A DNA stretch of 35,979 nucleotides, taken from the NCBI RefSeq assembly GCF_001194135.2, contig NC_069003.1, forward strand, positions 14,347,020 through 14,382,998, given 5' to 3'. The first letter of the stretch is position 1, and each line of letters opens with the position of its first letter. The translations under genes and the position numbers were made by a program. Positions 11,441 through 22,546 of the stretch are shown here, piece by piece. This DNA is from Octopus bimaculoides (lineage: Eukaryota). The notes beneath the pieces are model-generated. The model made no database searches and was not told where the DNA came from. It saw only the letters and a list, made by a program, of their open reading frames with translations.

Positions 11441-12308
11441 NNNNNNNNNNNNNNNNNNNNNNNNNNNNNNNNNNNNNNNNNNNNNNNNNNNNNNNNNNNN
11501 NNNNNNNNNNNNNNNNNNNNNNNNNNNNNNNNNNNNNNNNNNNNNNNNNNNNNNNNNNNNNNNNNNNNNNNNNNNNNNNNNNNNNNNNNNNNNNNNNNNN
11601 NNNNNNNNNNNNNNNNNNNNNNNNNNNNNNNNNNNNNNNNNNNNNNNNNNNNNNNNNNNNNNNNNNNNNNNNNNNNNNNNNNNNNNNNNNNNNNNNNNNN
11701 NNNNNNNNNNNNNNNNNNNNNNNNNNNNNNNNNNNNNNNNNNNNNNNNNNNNNNNNNNNNNNNNNNNNNNNNNNNNNNNNNNNNNNNNNNNNNNNNNNNN
11801 NNNNNNNNNNNNNNNNNNNNNNNNNNNNNNNNNNNNNNNNNNNNNNNNNNNNNNNNNNNNNNNNNNNNNNNNNNNNNNNNNNNNNNNNNNNNNNNNNNNN
11901 NNNNNNNNNNNNNNNNNNNNNNNNNNNNNNNNNNNNNNNNNNNNNNNNNNNNNNNNNNNNNNNNNNNNNNNNNNNNNNNNNNNNNNNNNNNNNNNNNNNN
12001 NNNNNNNNNNNNNNNNNNNNNNNNNNNNNNNNNNNNNNNNNNNNNNNNNNNNNNNNNNNNNNNNNNNNNNNNNNNNNNNNNNNNNNNNNNNNNNNNNNNN
12101 NNNNNNNNNNNNNNNNNNNNNNNNNNNNNNNNNNNNNNNNNNNNNNNNNNNNNNNNNNNNNNNNNNNNNNNNNNNNNNNNNNNNNNNNNNNNNNNNNNNN
12201 NNNNNNNNNNNNNNNNNNNNNNNNNNNNNATATATATATATATATAACGTACTGCTCGTGATACAAAATTCAACAAAATATTACTCCATCTGGTGAGAGG
12301 TAAATATC

Positions 12309-12576
12309 ATTTATTTAAAGAATACAATACATGTCTTTAAGTGCTACTAATATTTCCATATGTTGAGAAATATTCAAGCATATTCTTCGGGCACAAAACA
12401 CTTTCTGCCTTTCCTATACGCTGCCACCTCAGCTTTTTGTTCGTGTTTCCTCTATTATTCAATTTTTTTAGTTCGTCATGACATGTGGTTTGTACCTGAA
12501 GAATATGTTCGATTATTTCTCAACAGATGAAAGTATTATTAGTACTTGAAGATATGTATTTTGCCCTTAAATAAAT
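12309..12576. repeat. Long imperfect inverted repeat (MITE/fold-back-like)
   Basis: Arms 12309-12403 and 12483-12576; the 78-bp core aligns with 14 mismatches by manual count; 79-bp spacer. Confidence 0.8.
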
Positions 12577-12584
12577 TATATATA

Positions 12585-12594
12585 CACACACGCA

Positions 12595-12662
<68 letters not shown>
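12585..12662. repeat. (CA)n microsatellite
   Basis: Visible. Confidence 0.95.
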
Positions 12663-12665
<3 letters not shown>

Positions 12666-13299
12666 ATACATACATACGCGCAAACACTGAGCAAGTAAAT
12701 AAATACAAAATGTCTTCAGATTTACGATAACATTACTTGAGAGGCAATATTTTATGTATTAGTTGTGAAACAGATGTTTTTGGTCTCCATACCATTAAAT
12801 CTATGTTGCCTTATATCAGATCAGACTTGATCAAGTAGACCTATGATCAGTGGCAATTTTTTAATACACATACATAGATACATTCACATATGTTGTGTGT
12901 ACAAATATATATATATATATATGTATTGCATTATATTCATATTATTATATGAGCAAACATGAATGACTCATTTTCGTAATTCTGCTTTACGCTTATTTTA
13001 TTTCGTCGCAATTATTGACAACCCAATACAGAAACAGCAAACTTGGGCTATAATTCCAATTCATTATAATAATAAGGTCGAGTTCATTAATTTAATTAGA
13101 AAAAAAAAAAAAATAAAAAAAATAAATTCATATTTTTGTTATAGCTCTGTTTTCATCGTTGTTCAACATTATTGCATTATATATTCATTAATGTAATACT
13201 GACAGCGTTTCCTCTCCCACATTATGTCGAATTTCGTCGGAGATATTGCTTTTGTTTTTAATTAGGAATATCTACAGTCACCAATTCACTGTTTCTTAT

Positions 13300-13495
13300 A
13301 AGTATATTGTCTCAATGTCGGTTTCTATCCATTGTCTGTCCTTTCCGTAGAGGAAGCATCCAGAAGTTTTGATTCACATTCTCAACTATAGTTTTTATGT
13401 CAGAAGAATCCTGTGAGCTATTGCACTTCGGTGGGATTCGAACACTAAACTTAAAGAGGCGAGACGGATACCTCCGCAATTCTGTCATTTCAGTC
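13300..13495 (-). mobile_element. Decayed tRNA-derived SINE head
   Basis: Minus strand carries a perfect Pol III B box GTTCGAATCCC (plus strand GGGATTCGAAC, about 13433-13443). Confidence 0.45.
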
Positions 13496-13651
13496 CCATT
13501 TTACTTGTACAACCAAATCCTGTCACTGACCTCCTCCCTAGCCATAGGTCCATCATTCCTGGTTTTGTATGACTCCATAATTGCCCACCTTTACAGACGT
13601 CTACTCAAATTACTTCTATCTCCTCCAAACTATGCCCTATTTCCCGCTCCT

Positions 13652-13653
<2 letters not shown>

Positions 13654-13700
<47 letters not shown>

Positions 13701-13745
13701 CCATCACCATCATCACCATCATCGACGTCGTCGTCGTTGTTGTTG

Positions 13746-13780
<35 letters not shown>
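13654..13780. repeat. Compound (ATC)n-(GTC/GTT)n-(ATT)n microsatellite
   Basis: Visible. Confidence 0.95.
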
Positions 13781-13782
<2 letters not shown>

Positions 13783-14010
13783 GGTAGCGAGTTGGAAGAA
13801 CCGTTAGAACATCGACCTAAATACTTAGTGATAATTCGTTTGTCGTTACGTTGTGAGCTCCAATTTTGCCGAGGTCGACTTTGCCTTTCATCCTTTCGGG
13901 GTTGATAAATTAAGTACCAGTGAAACACTGGGGTTGATGTAATCAACTAGACCCCCAACTCACACATTTCAGGCCTTGTGCCTATAGTAGAAATGATTAT
14001 TAGTATTATT
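13781..14010 (+). mobile_element. tRNA-derived SINE with (ATT)n tail
   Basis: A-box-like AGTTGGAAGAACCGTTAG, B-box-like GAGCTCCAATT, body GCCGAGGTCGACTTTGCCTTTCATCCTTTCGGGG, tail ATTATTAGTATTATT (13996-14010); (ATT)n also precedes it. Confidence 0.65.
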
Positions 14011-15685
14011 GTTTTCTCTTTATCACGGGCTTTGTTGGATCTTCTGTCGCCTACGGTACCATGCTTTTCGTTCTTTTCAGTTATCTGATACACTCTTGAT
14101 TATTCTGGCCGTGCCAAAGAGGCAAAACTTTTATAACAGTTCTACTGGACACTTTTCCAAATTCCTTTGTATTTCTCTTGCTGTTGTCTGATAATGTTCC
14201 CAAGGACTCAACAATAATTGGCACAATCTTCACCATCATTTTCAACAGCCGTGCTATTTCAAACTTAAGAGGGTTGTATCGATTTATCTTTTCGCCTTGC
14301 TTCTTCACTATTCGTGGGTCAAAGGGGCATGTAGCATCAACTGCACAATATATGTGGTGCATATTGTCCATCAGCAGTAGGTCCGGTCTGTTAAGCTCTA
14401 GCCCCTGATCTGTTTGGATTGGGAAATCCCAGAGAATTTCGTCAGTCAATCTCTGCGGATTGTGCTCATACCACTTCTTGCTCACCTTTCGTACAGCTTC
14501 CAATGTTGCACTTTCGCTACCTAGTCGTGTCGCCACAACTTGTAGTGATTTTGGGGAAGTCTAGGGCATTCGTTTGTGATATGGGAAATAGTTTCATCCA
14601 CTCTATTGCAGATGCAGCACAGCGGAGACACTCGCTCATTCTTAAGGTTGACCCTCCCCCAGTTCGTGGCCAAAGCTTGGTCTTGCTCTGCTAGTATAGC
14701 ACTCTCAGTCTCTTCTATTAGGGTTCCTTTCATCAGCCAATCTCACCTACTTTTTCTAGCAACTTCTGTTTTTCCTTTATTCTCTGTTCTCAATACTCCC
14801 TCGTTCCTAACTGCCACTAACAAGGCTTCCTTACTTTGGGCTAGGTATCTCATTAAGCTCTCGAGTTCGATACACAAGCAGTCTTCTACACTTCCCAGTC
14901 CCCCTTCCTCCATTTGCTCTCTTCATGTATAAGCGATCAATATTTTCACGTGGATGACAGGTTCCATGTATCGTTAGGAGCTTTCCTGTCCATCTCCTTT
15001 AGCTCCTTCTCTGTCCACTTCAGGATTGCACTAGTTATTTGTGTCCATCATCATCTAGATCTTCCATTCTCTTACCGTTTGGCAATTCTTTGCCCTTACA
15101 GTCTGCTATTTTCCCTTGTTTCAAAGTGAGCACTGCATACTTCGAGATACCAAGTTCCATCCCTATGTCCTTGCTGCACATCTGTACAGTCTCAACCAGT
15201 CTCTCCATTTCAGGCTCTGTTTTTGCGAACAGTTTTAAGTCATCCACGAAGAGAAGGTTGTCGAGACGAAGCCCGTTCCTTCTCAGCTCATAGTGCCTTT
15301 GCGTTGGACTACAGAAAGTGGGATCAAGACTATAACAAATAACAAAGGGGACCAAGAGTTTCTTTAGAAGGTATCTGTTTTGATTGTTACCTCGGTTAAG
15401 GGCTGGTTGGTACAGAACAGACGTGTTTTCCAACTAGCCTCGAATTCCGTCTGGTCCTGCCACTTTCTAATTTGGCAGTTTTAATACCTGTGCAATCACA
15501 TCCTCCGTTGTTATGCGCACATGATCCTGTAGAGCCTCCGAGTGATGGAGTTTGGATCTTACGGAATGAATCCACTCAGCACCGTGGTTGTGGGAAACCT
15601 CTCGCCCCAGATGTTATTCCAAAATTGGCGGGTTTCCTCTGCTTCAGGAGGTATATTATCTTCCGTATCTCCTCCTAAAGTATAG
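14011..15685 (-). mobile_element. 5'-truncated, internally deleted non-LTR retrotransposon with restriction-like endonuclease (R4/Dong-like)
   Basis: Frameshifted minus-strand segments in order: FWNNIWG..HNHGAEWI..KVAGPDG (RT N-terminal); TF*RNSWSPLLFVIVLIPLS (QGD-LSP motif); NLLFVDDLKLF (catalytic DD); CCICNRVDETISHITNEC (C-X2-C-X8-H-X4-C); RHD; RPDLLLMD..AVDATCPFD..EKINRY (PD-D/E-xK RLE). Stop at 14081; short 3' UTR abuts AATAAT. Central RT motifs between GPDG and QGD are missing (deletion near 15400). Clade assignment is inference. Confidence 0.88.
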
Positions 15686-15992
15686 AACTTTTATGAATTC
15701 AGATTCGTCCAGGATATCATCTTCGGGGTTAGGAGGGTGAACAGGGGCATTATCGAAGATGAGGAGAGCTTTGAGAGGAAAATTGTTCTCCAGAATGTAC
15801 TTTTTCACTCCTGGTCCGAAGACAAGGTTGACCTGTTCGGTGAAGAATTGCTCTAACCTTTGCTCTCCACATGACCTGTAGCTTCTTCTTCAGGATTTTG
15901 TGCGATTTGAATACTCATGGGTTTTCGGAATAGTGGACAAGGAGCGTCTTAAGGTTCAAGTCTCCACTCGCAATGGTACAAAGTGCGAGGGG
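15686..15992 (-). mobile_element. Tigger/pogo (DDE_1) transposase fragment
   Basis: Minus-strand translation LALCTIASGDLNLKTLLVHYSENP*VFKSHKILKKKLQVMWRAK and VNLVFGPGVKKYILENNFPLKALLIFDNAPVHPPNPEDDILDESEFIKVLY matches the Tigger motifs GDxKLKPLLxYHSENPR and LLxLDNAPGHP. Confidence 0.85.
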
Positions 15993-16801
15993 ACGTAAAA
16001 AAACCAACACCGGTTGTGAAGTGGTTGTGGAGTCAAACACAGACACAAAGACAAGCGCGCGCGCATGACGTGCTTCTTTCTGTTTCCGTCTGTCAAACCA
16101 CTTACAAGACTTTCCCATGTGGTTGTGAAACAAGTTGCTTAGAACACAGCCACTCCTACCTTATTTTTTAAAATTCATTCCTCTCTCATTTTCTCTGCCT
16201 TCAGACCTACATTACCAATCGTTTCCTTTCCTTTCCTATGCTTCTCTCGTCTCTCCCGCTCAACCTCTTTTGTCCTGTCACCTCTTTCCACACCCTTTCC
16301 CCATCTGGTAGGAGTCTTACATGGCCCTGACCATATACATAAACATGGAGTTTCATCAATTTGCTCCTATTTTGATATTTCATAACGGAGAAAAATTGTG
16401 AGTAAGGGATGAAATTTCCTTTATCTGTTGCGTAATTATATAAAACCTACATATTAAATACATTCGAAATATTATTTGGCTCGACATGCGCATGTGCATA
16501 CATACATACTTACACGCATACGTACATACATACGTACATACGCATACACACGCACACATACACACACGGCCACACACACGCAGACACACATACACTCATA
16601 CACACAAGTATATATTGAATTATCGAATAAAGAACTGTGCAACGGTTATATAAAACTTTATATATATATGTATAACAATAAGCGTGTGTGTGTGTGTGTG
16701 TGTATGTGTGTGCGTGTGTGTCTGTATGTGTCTGCCGGTCTGTTTCTCTCTCCATGTGTATATATACATATATGTATATTTATACACACACACACACATA
16801 A

Positions 16802-16856
<55 letters not shown>

Positions 16857-17589
16857 GGTGAACTAACAATTGCGAAATAGCGAGGGAATATCGGTTTGTG
16901 TTTATCTCAACTGGACTTATACATGTAACGAAGGCAGGTATTTGATTTGAAAATCCACAAAGTCTTACTCTGAGTGGCGTCATTATTTGCTCCTTTACAA
17001 AATATGAAAAAATATATAGACTAACGTAAAAATAATTGTATATTGGTATTCTCCCAACAAGAAAAGCAATATGCAGTTNNNNNNNNNNNNNNNNNNNNNN
17101 NNNNNNNNNNNNNNNNNNNNNNNNNNNNNNNNNNNNNNNNNNNNNNNNNNNNNNNNNNNNNNNNNNNNNNNNNNNNNNNNNNNNNNNNNNNNNNNNNNNN
17201 NNNNNNNNNNNNNNNNNNNNNNNNNNNNNNNNNNNNNNNNNNNNNNNNNNTATATATATAGGTAAAAGTGTACAGAAAATGCGAGGGAGAGGCGTAGGGA
17301 GGCTCTATGTACCTATGTATATAAGGTATTTTATTTATAGCCTTCATAGGTGCAAAACGCTATTCGATGGATTATTTCTTTGTAACAGTTATCACCCTCT
17401 ATTCTTCATGTTTTCCGTATCTTCGCAATTTTGGTGCTATATTCAGCTAATCTTGATAGATCAATTATCGTTTATTGGACTACCAAATATATATACATAC
17501 ATACATACATACATACACACATGCATACATACATATATACATACATATGCATATACACATCTTTGTACACACATACACACACATACATG

Positions 17590-17630
<41 letters not shown>

Positions 17631-17699
17631 AGCAAGTCATAAAAGTAAGAACTAATATGAACATGTGTCCAAGGGAGGTTCAATTAATATTATTAGGTT

Positions 17700-17900
17700 G
17701 ACGCTCAGAGAAAGGAAAAAAAATGTGATATAGTAAAGCGTAACGGAACAATGTCAGTGAAAAGAGTAGAAAGAAAAGGTGTAAGAATGTATATATCGAT
17801 ACGTGCATACATACATACATGTATATGTGTGTGTGTGGGTATAGATACATATATACAAATATGTGAAAGAATGCATGCATGTATATATATATACATGTAT

Positions 17901-17976
<76 letters not shown>

Positions 17977-18235
17977 GCATTATATGCATAACTATAGTAT
18001 AAGATATGTACATATATATATGTATGTATATGTATATATGTATATATATATATACATATATACATATATACATACATACAAACATATGTATATGTATGAT
18101 CTTAATATTGTTGGAGTATAATTGCGTCCGTACTTTTTGATTTTTTACCCGAGATTTCTTGTATGTTAACATTTCAGAAGAATATGTGCGTGTGTGTGTG
18201 TGTGTGTGTGTACATATATATATATATATGAACAG

Positions 18236-18280
<45 letters not shown>

Positions 18281-18425
18281 TATACATATATGTATATATA
18301 TATATATATATGTCTATATATATATGTATATGTATGTATATATGTATATATATGTATTATATATGTATATATATGTATATGTATATGTATATATATATAT
18401 GTGTATATATATATATATATATATC
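17700..18425. repeat. TA/TG/CA-rich compound microsatellite field
   Basis: Visible; explains the overlapping Y/I/V/C/H/T-rich ORFs. Confidence 0.9.
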
Positions 18426-18830
18426 TGTTACAATCTGACGACATATTCTCTGTTATATATTCTATTATTCTCGTTCTGATACAATCGCTCATTCCTTTTA
18501 TTGTACGAATCGCCCTGTTGCTGCAGTTATTGTCATTCTGGCGAAAAAAATAAAAAATGTGTATATTAGAATTAGAAAAAATAAAGTGGTTTCTACTGTT
18601 CGTGTCTATGAATGTTGACGTGAAGAATTTATTTTTTCAGTTGTTAATAAGGATTCCTAAGAAATTGAAAGATTAAGGAAATAGATTATTATTTTCACGT
18701 GTATGTGTGTGTGTGAGGCGCAGGCTGCAATGACCGACGAATGTGATGAAAGTATCAAACTAATCGTACAAGCGGGAGGTCATCATTTCGTATCTTACGC
18801 TCAGTTTTGAAATGTACGTAATTCTGAAAT

Positions 18831-19004
18831 AGGCACAGACGTAGCTTTGTGATAGGATGTGTCTTTCCAATCCACATGGTTCCGTGTTCTGTCCCCTTGC
18901 GTGGTAACTTAGGCAAATGCCTTTTATAGTAATCTTGGACCGGCCAAGGCCTTGAGAGTAGATTTGATAGACGGAAACTGAGAGAAGCCTGTCGTATGTA
19001 CATG

Positions 19005-19046
<42 letters not shown>

Positions 19047-19268
19047 TGTGCGTGCATGTAACTATGTGTTTGTGTTTACCACCCCACTGCTTGACAACCG
19101 GTGACTGTTTAACTCTTTGTAACTTATCGGTTCAAAACACTGACACTTAGTATAAATTTCAGGGCTTAAAAAAAACAAGAACTGGTGGCGATTTTTCGAG
19201 GAAACTCCTCAATGCGGTGCTCCAGCATTACCCCAGTCCAATGAATGAAGCAAGTAAAGGATAAAAGA
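18831..19268 (+). mobile_element. tRNA-derived SINE (family B) with internal (TG)n
   Basis: Head CCACATGGTTCCGTGTTCTGTCCCCTTGCGTGG aligns with the 26347 copy (CCACATACTTTCGCGTTCAATCCCACTGC); body GACGGAAACTGAGAGAAGCCTGTCG, internal (TG)n, tail GCGGTGCTCCAGCAT...AGTAAAGGATAAAAGA. Confidence 0.65.
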
Positions 19269-19594
19269 TCAGAGATAAGCTAGTTCTGTCTATTTACCTA
19301 TAACTAAGTACCGACAGCCTACGAATAACTCTGATCTTCCAGCAGATACAATTGCTCTCCCAATCTAATAAGTAATTATGTGTTTGGTCTGCAGAGATCG
19401 CATATTTACGATAGGCAAGCTATCTACGAGAGACCAGCCACCTTATCCATGATGAGGATTATCTCTTATCCTCCCGAAGATAGGAATCCTCTCCACCAGG
19501 GGTTCCAGGCAGCGGACCGCACAGAAAGAATAAATTTTAAAATTTTACTTCTATTTATTTACTACCTCAGTCTGCAGCGCGTTTTTGCATTATA

Positions 19595-19618
19595 GTGGCT
19601 GTGTGGTTAAAAGCTTTC
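19595..19618 (+). mobile_element. SINE family B head running into a gap
   Basis: GTGGCTGTGTGGTTAAAAGCTTTC, an A-box-like head similar to 26315. Confidence 0.45.
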
Positions 19619-20527
19619 NNNNNNNNNNNNNNNNNNNNNNNNNNNNNNNNNNNNNNNNNNNNNNNNNNNNNNNNNNNNNNNNNNNNNNNNNNNNNNNNNN
19701 NNNNNNNNNNNNNNNNNNNNNNNNNNNNNNNNNNNNNNNNNNNNNNNNNNNNNNNNNNNNNNNNNNNNNNNNNNNNNNNNNNNNNNNNNNNNNNNNNNNN
19801 NNNNNNNNNNNNNNNNNNNNNNNNNNNNNNNNNNNNNNNNNNNNNNNNNNNNNNNNNNNNNNNNNNNNNNNNNNNNNNNNNNNNNNNNNNNNNNNNNNNN
19901 NNNNNNNNNNNNNNNNNNNNNNNNNNNNNNNNNNNNNNNNNNNNNNNNNNNNNNNNNNNNNNNNNNNNNNNNNNNNNNNNNNNNNNNNNNNNNNNNNNNN
20001 NNNNNNNNNNNNNNNNNNNNNNNNNNNNNNNNNNNNNNNNNNNNNNNNNNNNNNNNNNNNNNNNNNNNNNNNNNNNNNNNNNNNNNNNNNNNNNNNNNNN
20101 NNNNNNNNNNNNNNNNNNNNNNNNNNNNNNNNNNNNNNNNNNNNNNNNNNNNNNNNNNNNNNNNNNNNNNNNNNNNNNNNNNNNNNNNNNNNNNNNNNNN
20201 NNNNNNNNNNNNNNNNNNNNNNNNNNNNNNNNNNNNNNNNNNNNNNNNNNNNNNNNNNNNNNNNNNNNNNNNNNNNNNNNNNNNNNNNNNNNNNNNNNNN
20301 NNNNNNNNNNNNNNNNNNNNNNNNNNNNNNNNNNNNNNNNNNNNNNNNNNNNNNAAAACTTTCGATAATTTAAATACGTTAATAGTTACCAGAGGTAGCA
20401 AAATTACACTAAAAAACAAGAAATCACAGCCGTTTTACAGGTAGAGATACCAAGTTAAAGTGATACATTTTGAGAAGATATGGATAATAATAAATGGAGC
20501 AAAACGCATGTCAATAAAAGTTCCTTT

Positions 20528-20618
20528 AATTCCTACACATGTTTCGAAATAAATGATCGTACTTTCACAAAGAAGAAAGAGCTGTTGGGGTTCCTCATTT
20601 ATTTCTCTTCGGGGAGTT
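20528..20618 (-). ncRNA. Type I hammerhead-like motif (U4C core, 11-bp helix II with 38-nt loop)
   Basis: AACTCC (I) - CCGAAGA - GAAATAAATGA [38 nt] TCATTTATTTC (II) - GAA - ACA tg TGT (III) - A - GGAATT (I', 5/6 paired). GUA triplet; predicted cut between 20534 and 20533. Confidence 0.7.
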
Positions 20619-21592
20619 CATAATAAAACATGTAATAGCAAGACAAAAACGGAATGATGGGGTAACTTACGAACAGGGATGTTACATGGTCAGTGACCGT
20701 TAGAAGGTTTGTTTACATAGAGATATAAATGGGTCAACGATAATATTCCATGGGCTTTAGGAATAAGAACGCTAGTTTACATAGAGATATAAAGGGAGGG
20801 TGTTTTTGACGTGATGCTAAAGGTTAAACTCAGAGAGTTATTTAAATATGGGGAAATAAATATGTTGTGGTTCTGTTAAATTAGAGAGAGCTGATTGTTG
20901 AGTCAAAAAATGGGGAGGAAGGGAGAGAACTAAGGTAGTGCATCATATGAGAGAACCTAATGACATATTTATATGTAGCGAAAAAGTAAATAAAATTGAA
21001 AGTAAACGAAACATCGTAGTCTAGTGAAGGTTTGCATAAGTGTGTGCGTGCGCGTATATACATGTGTACAAACACGTGCGTGCACGTACATGTACACACG
21101 CATATATATACATATATATATACTTATGTATGCATACCCATACACACATATACACCCACACACATACACACACACACACACACACATACAAAAACCTTCA
21201 CATATACATATGCACACACATGCACACCTATACATACATGCCTGTATATTTACATACATTCCTGTATATATACAAACATGCATATACTCACACACGCACA
21301 CACATACATATGCACACATGTACATACACACACACATACATGTATATATATATATACACACATATATATATGTATATATATACATATATACACATNNNNN
21401 NNNNNNNNNNNNNNNNNNNNNNNNNNNNNNNNNNNNNNNNNNNNNNNNNNNNNNNNNNNNNNNNNNNNNNNNNNNNNNNNNNNNNNNNNNNNNNNNNNNN
21501 NNNNNNNNNNNNNNNNNNNNNNNNNNNNNNNNNNNNNNNNNNNNNNNNNNNNNNNNNNNNNNNNNNNNNNNNNNNNNNNNNNNNNNNNNNNN

Positions 21593-22465
21593 GAAGTGCT
21601 GACAGCGGTACGCCCTCTGAGTTATTTGGTTAACTAGGCGATTCTTGGAGAACAAGATATAAAAAAGCTCCAATTTACAAAGAGGGCAGAATTCCCTCCC
21701 CTTGACATAGGGAACTGAGGTGGCGAGCATGGACCATTCGAAAGAGAATTGTTATTGCAATCCTTCAGTTCCCAAATAAATTTACTTAGGCCAGTAGTGC
21801 TAGCTTTATTTCTATCTCTAAACGACGAATAATGATTCGAGATTCTCTTGGATACCTGTGTCGATGAACTACCTACATAATATGAGACATCAGTGTTAGA
21901 TGTTACCTTGCATTGATACACTACATTTTTGGTCCTTGAATTCGCACTCAAAAACCTGATTCTATTAGGATTTAATTCCGAGATGCTAATCTTAATGCCA
22001 ATCTTATTATTGTTACAGATATTTATGTGATTCCCAACATTCGACATACTACCTATACTAATATCTAACTGACTAATGCCATCATTTGTGTGCGTTAAAT
22101 TGTTGGAGTAATTATTATTGCTACAAGTTTGAGCATTGCTAATATTACGGTTATGTCTACGATGGCCGTCTATAGATGAATCCAAAAACCTGAGATTATG
22201 GGAAGATATAATCTGTAACCCAAATCTAACCTTATGCGAGTTGATAATTGGGTAATAGTGGGAACCTTTAGGGAAGTTCCTAGTCACCGCGTCTCGAAAC
22301 TGTCGGACCAAATCTGATTTAACCTGCTTCCCAAACGGGAGGATGAGCCAGATATTCTTATTATTATCAACAGATCTAGATGTAGTATTAGAGTGGTTAA
22401 ATAAGCAAGGATTTTTGAATTTGTTAAAGTATTTGGGGCCAGTTATGGCACTTCTCTTATGTGAG
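21593..22465 (-). pseudogene. PLE polyprotein C-terminus: RT-thumb end, linker, GIY-YIG endonuclease
   Basis: KNIWLILPFGKQVKSDLVRQF..NFPKGSHYYPIINSHKV..IISSHN; NVVYQCKVTSNTDVSYYVGSSS..KRISNHYSSFRD..TGLSKFIWELKD; after one frameshift near 21750, FEWSML..CPLCKLELFYIL..N..RCQH into the gap. Confidence 0.88.
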
Positions 22466-22489
22466 TTTTATTGACATGCGTTTTGCTCC

Positions 22490-22546
<57 letters not shown>

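Larger units (their letters stand above)
20485..22500 (-). mobile_element. 5'-truncated Penelope-like element with 35-bp inverted termini, GIY-YIG ORF end, 3' UTR and hammerhead
   Basis: ORF remnant 21593-22465, CT-rich minus-strand UTR-like segment 20620-21020, HHR 20528-20618, and perfect 35-bp inverted repeat at 20485-20519 / 22466-22500. Interrupted by microsatellite and gap 21020-21592. Confidence 0.78.

Noticed and set aside
19450-19495. ATGATGA-GGATT...AATCC hairpin
   Set aside because: Not followed by GAAA; no helix III.
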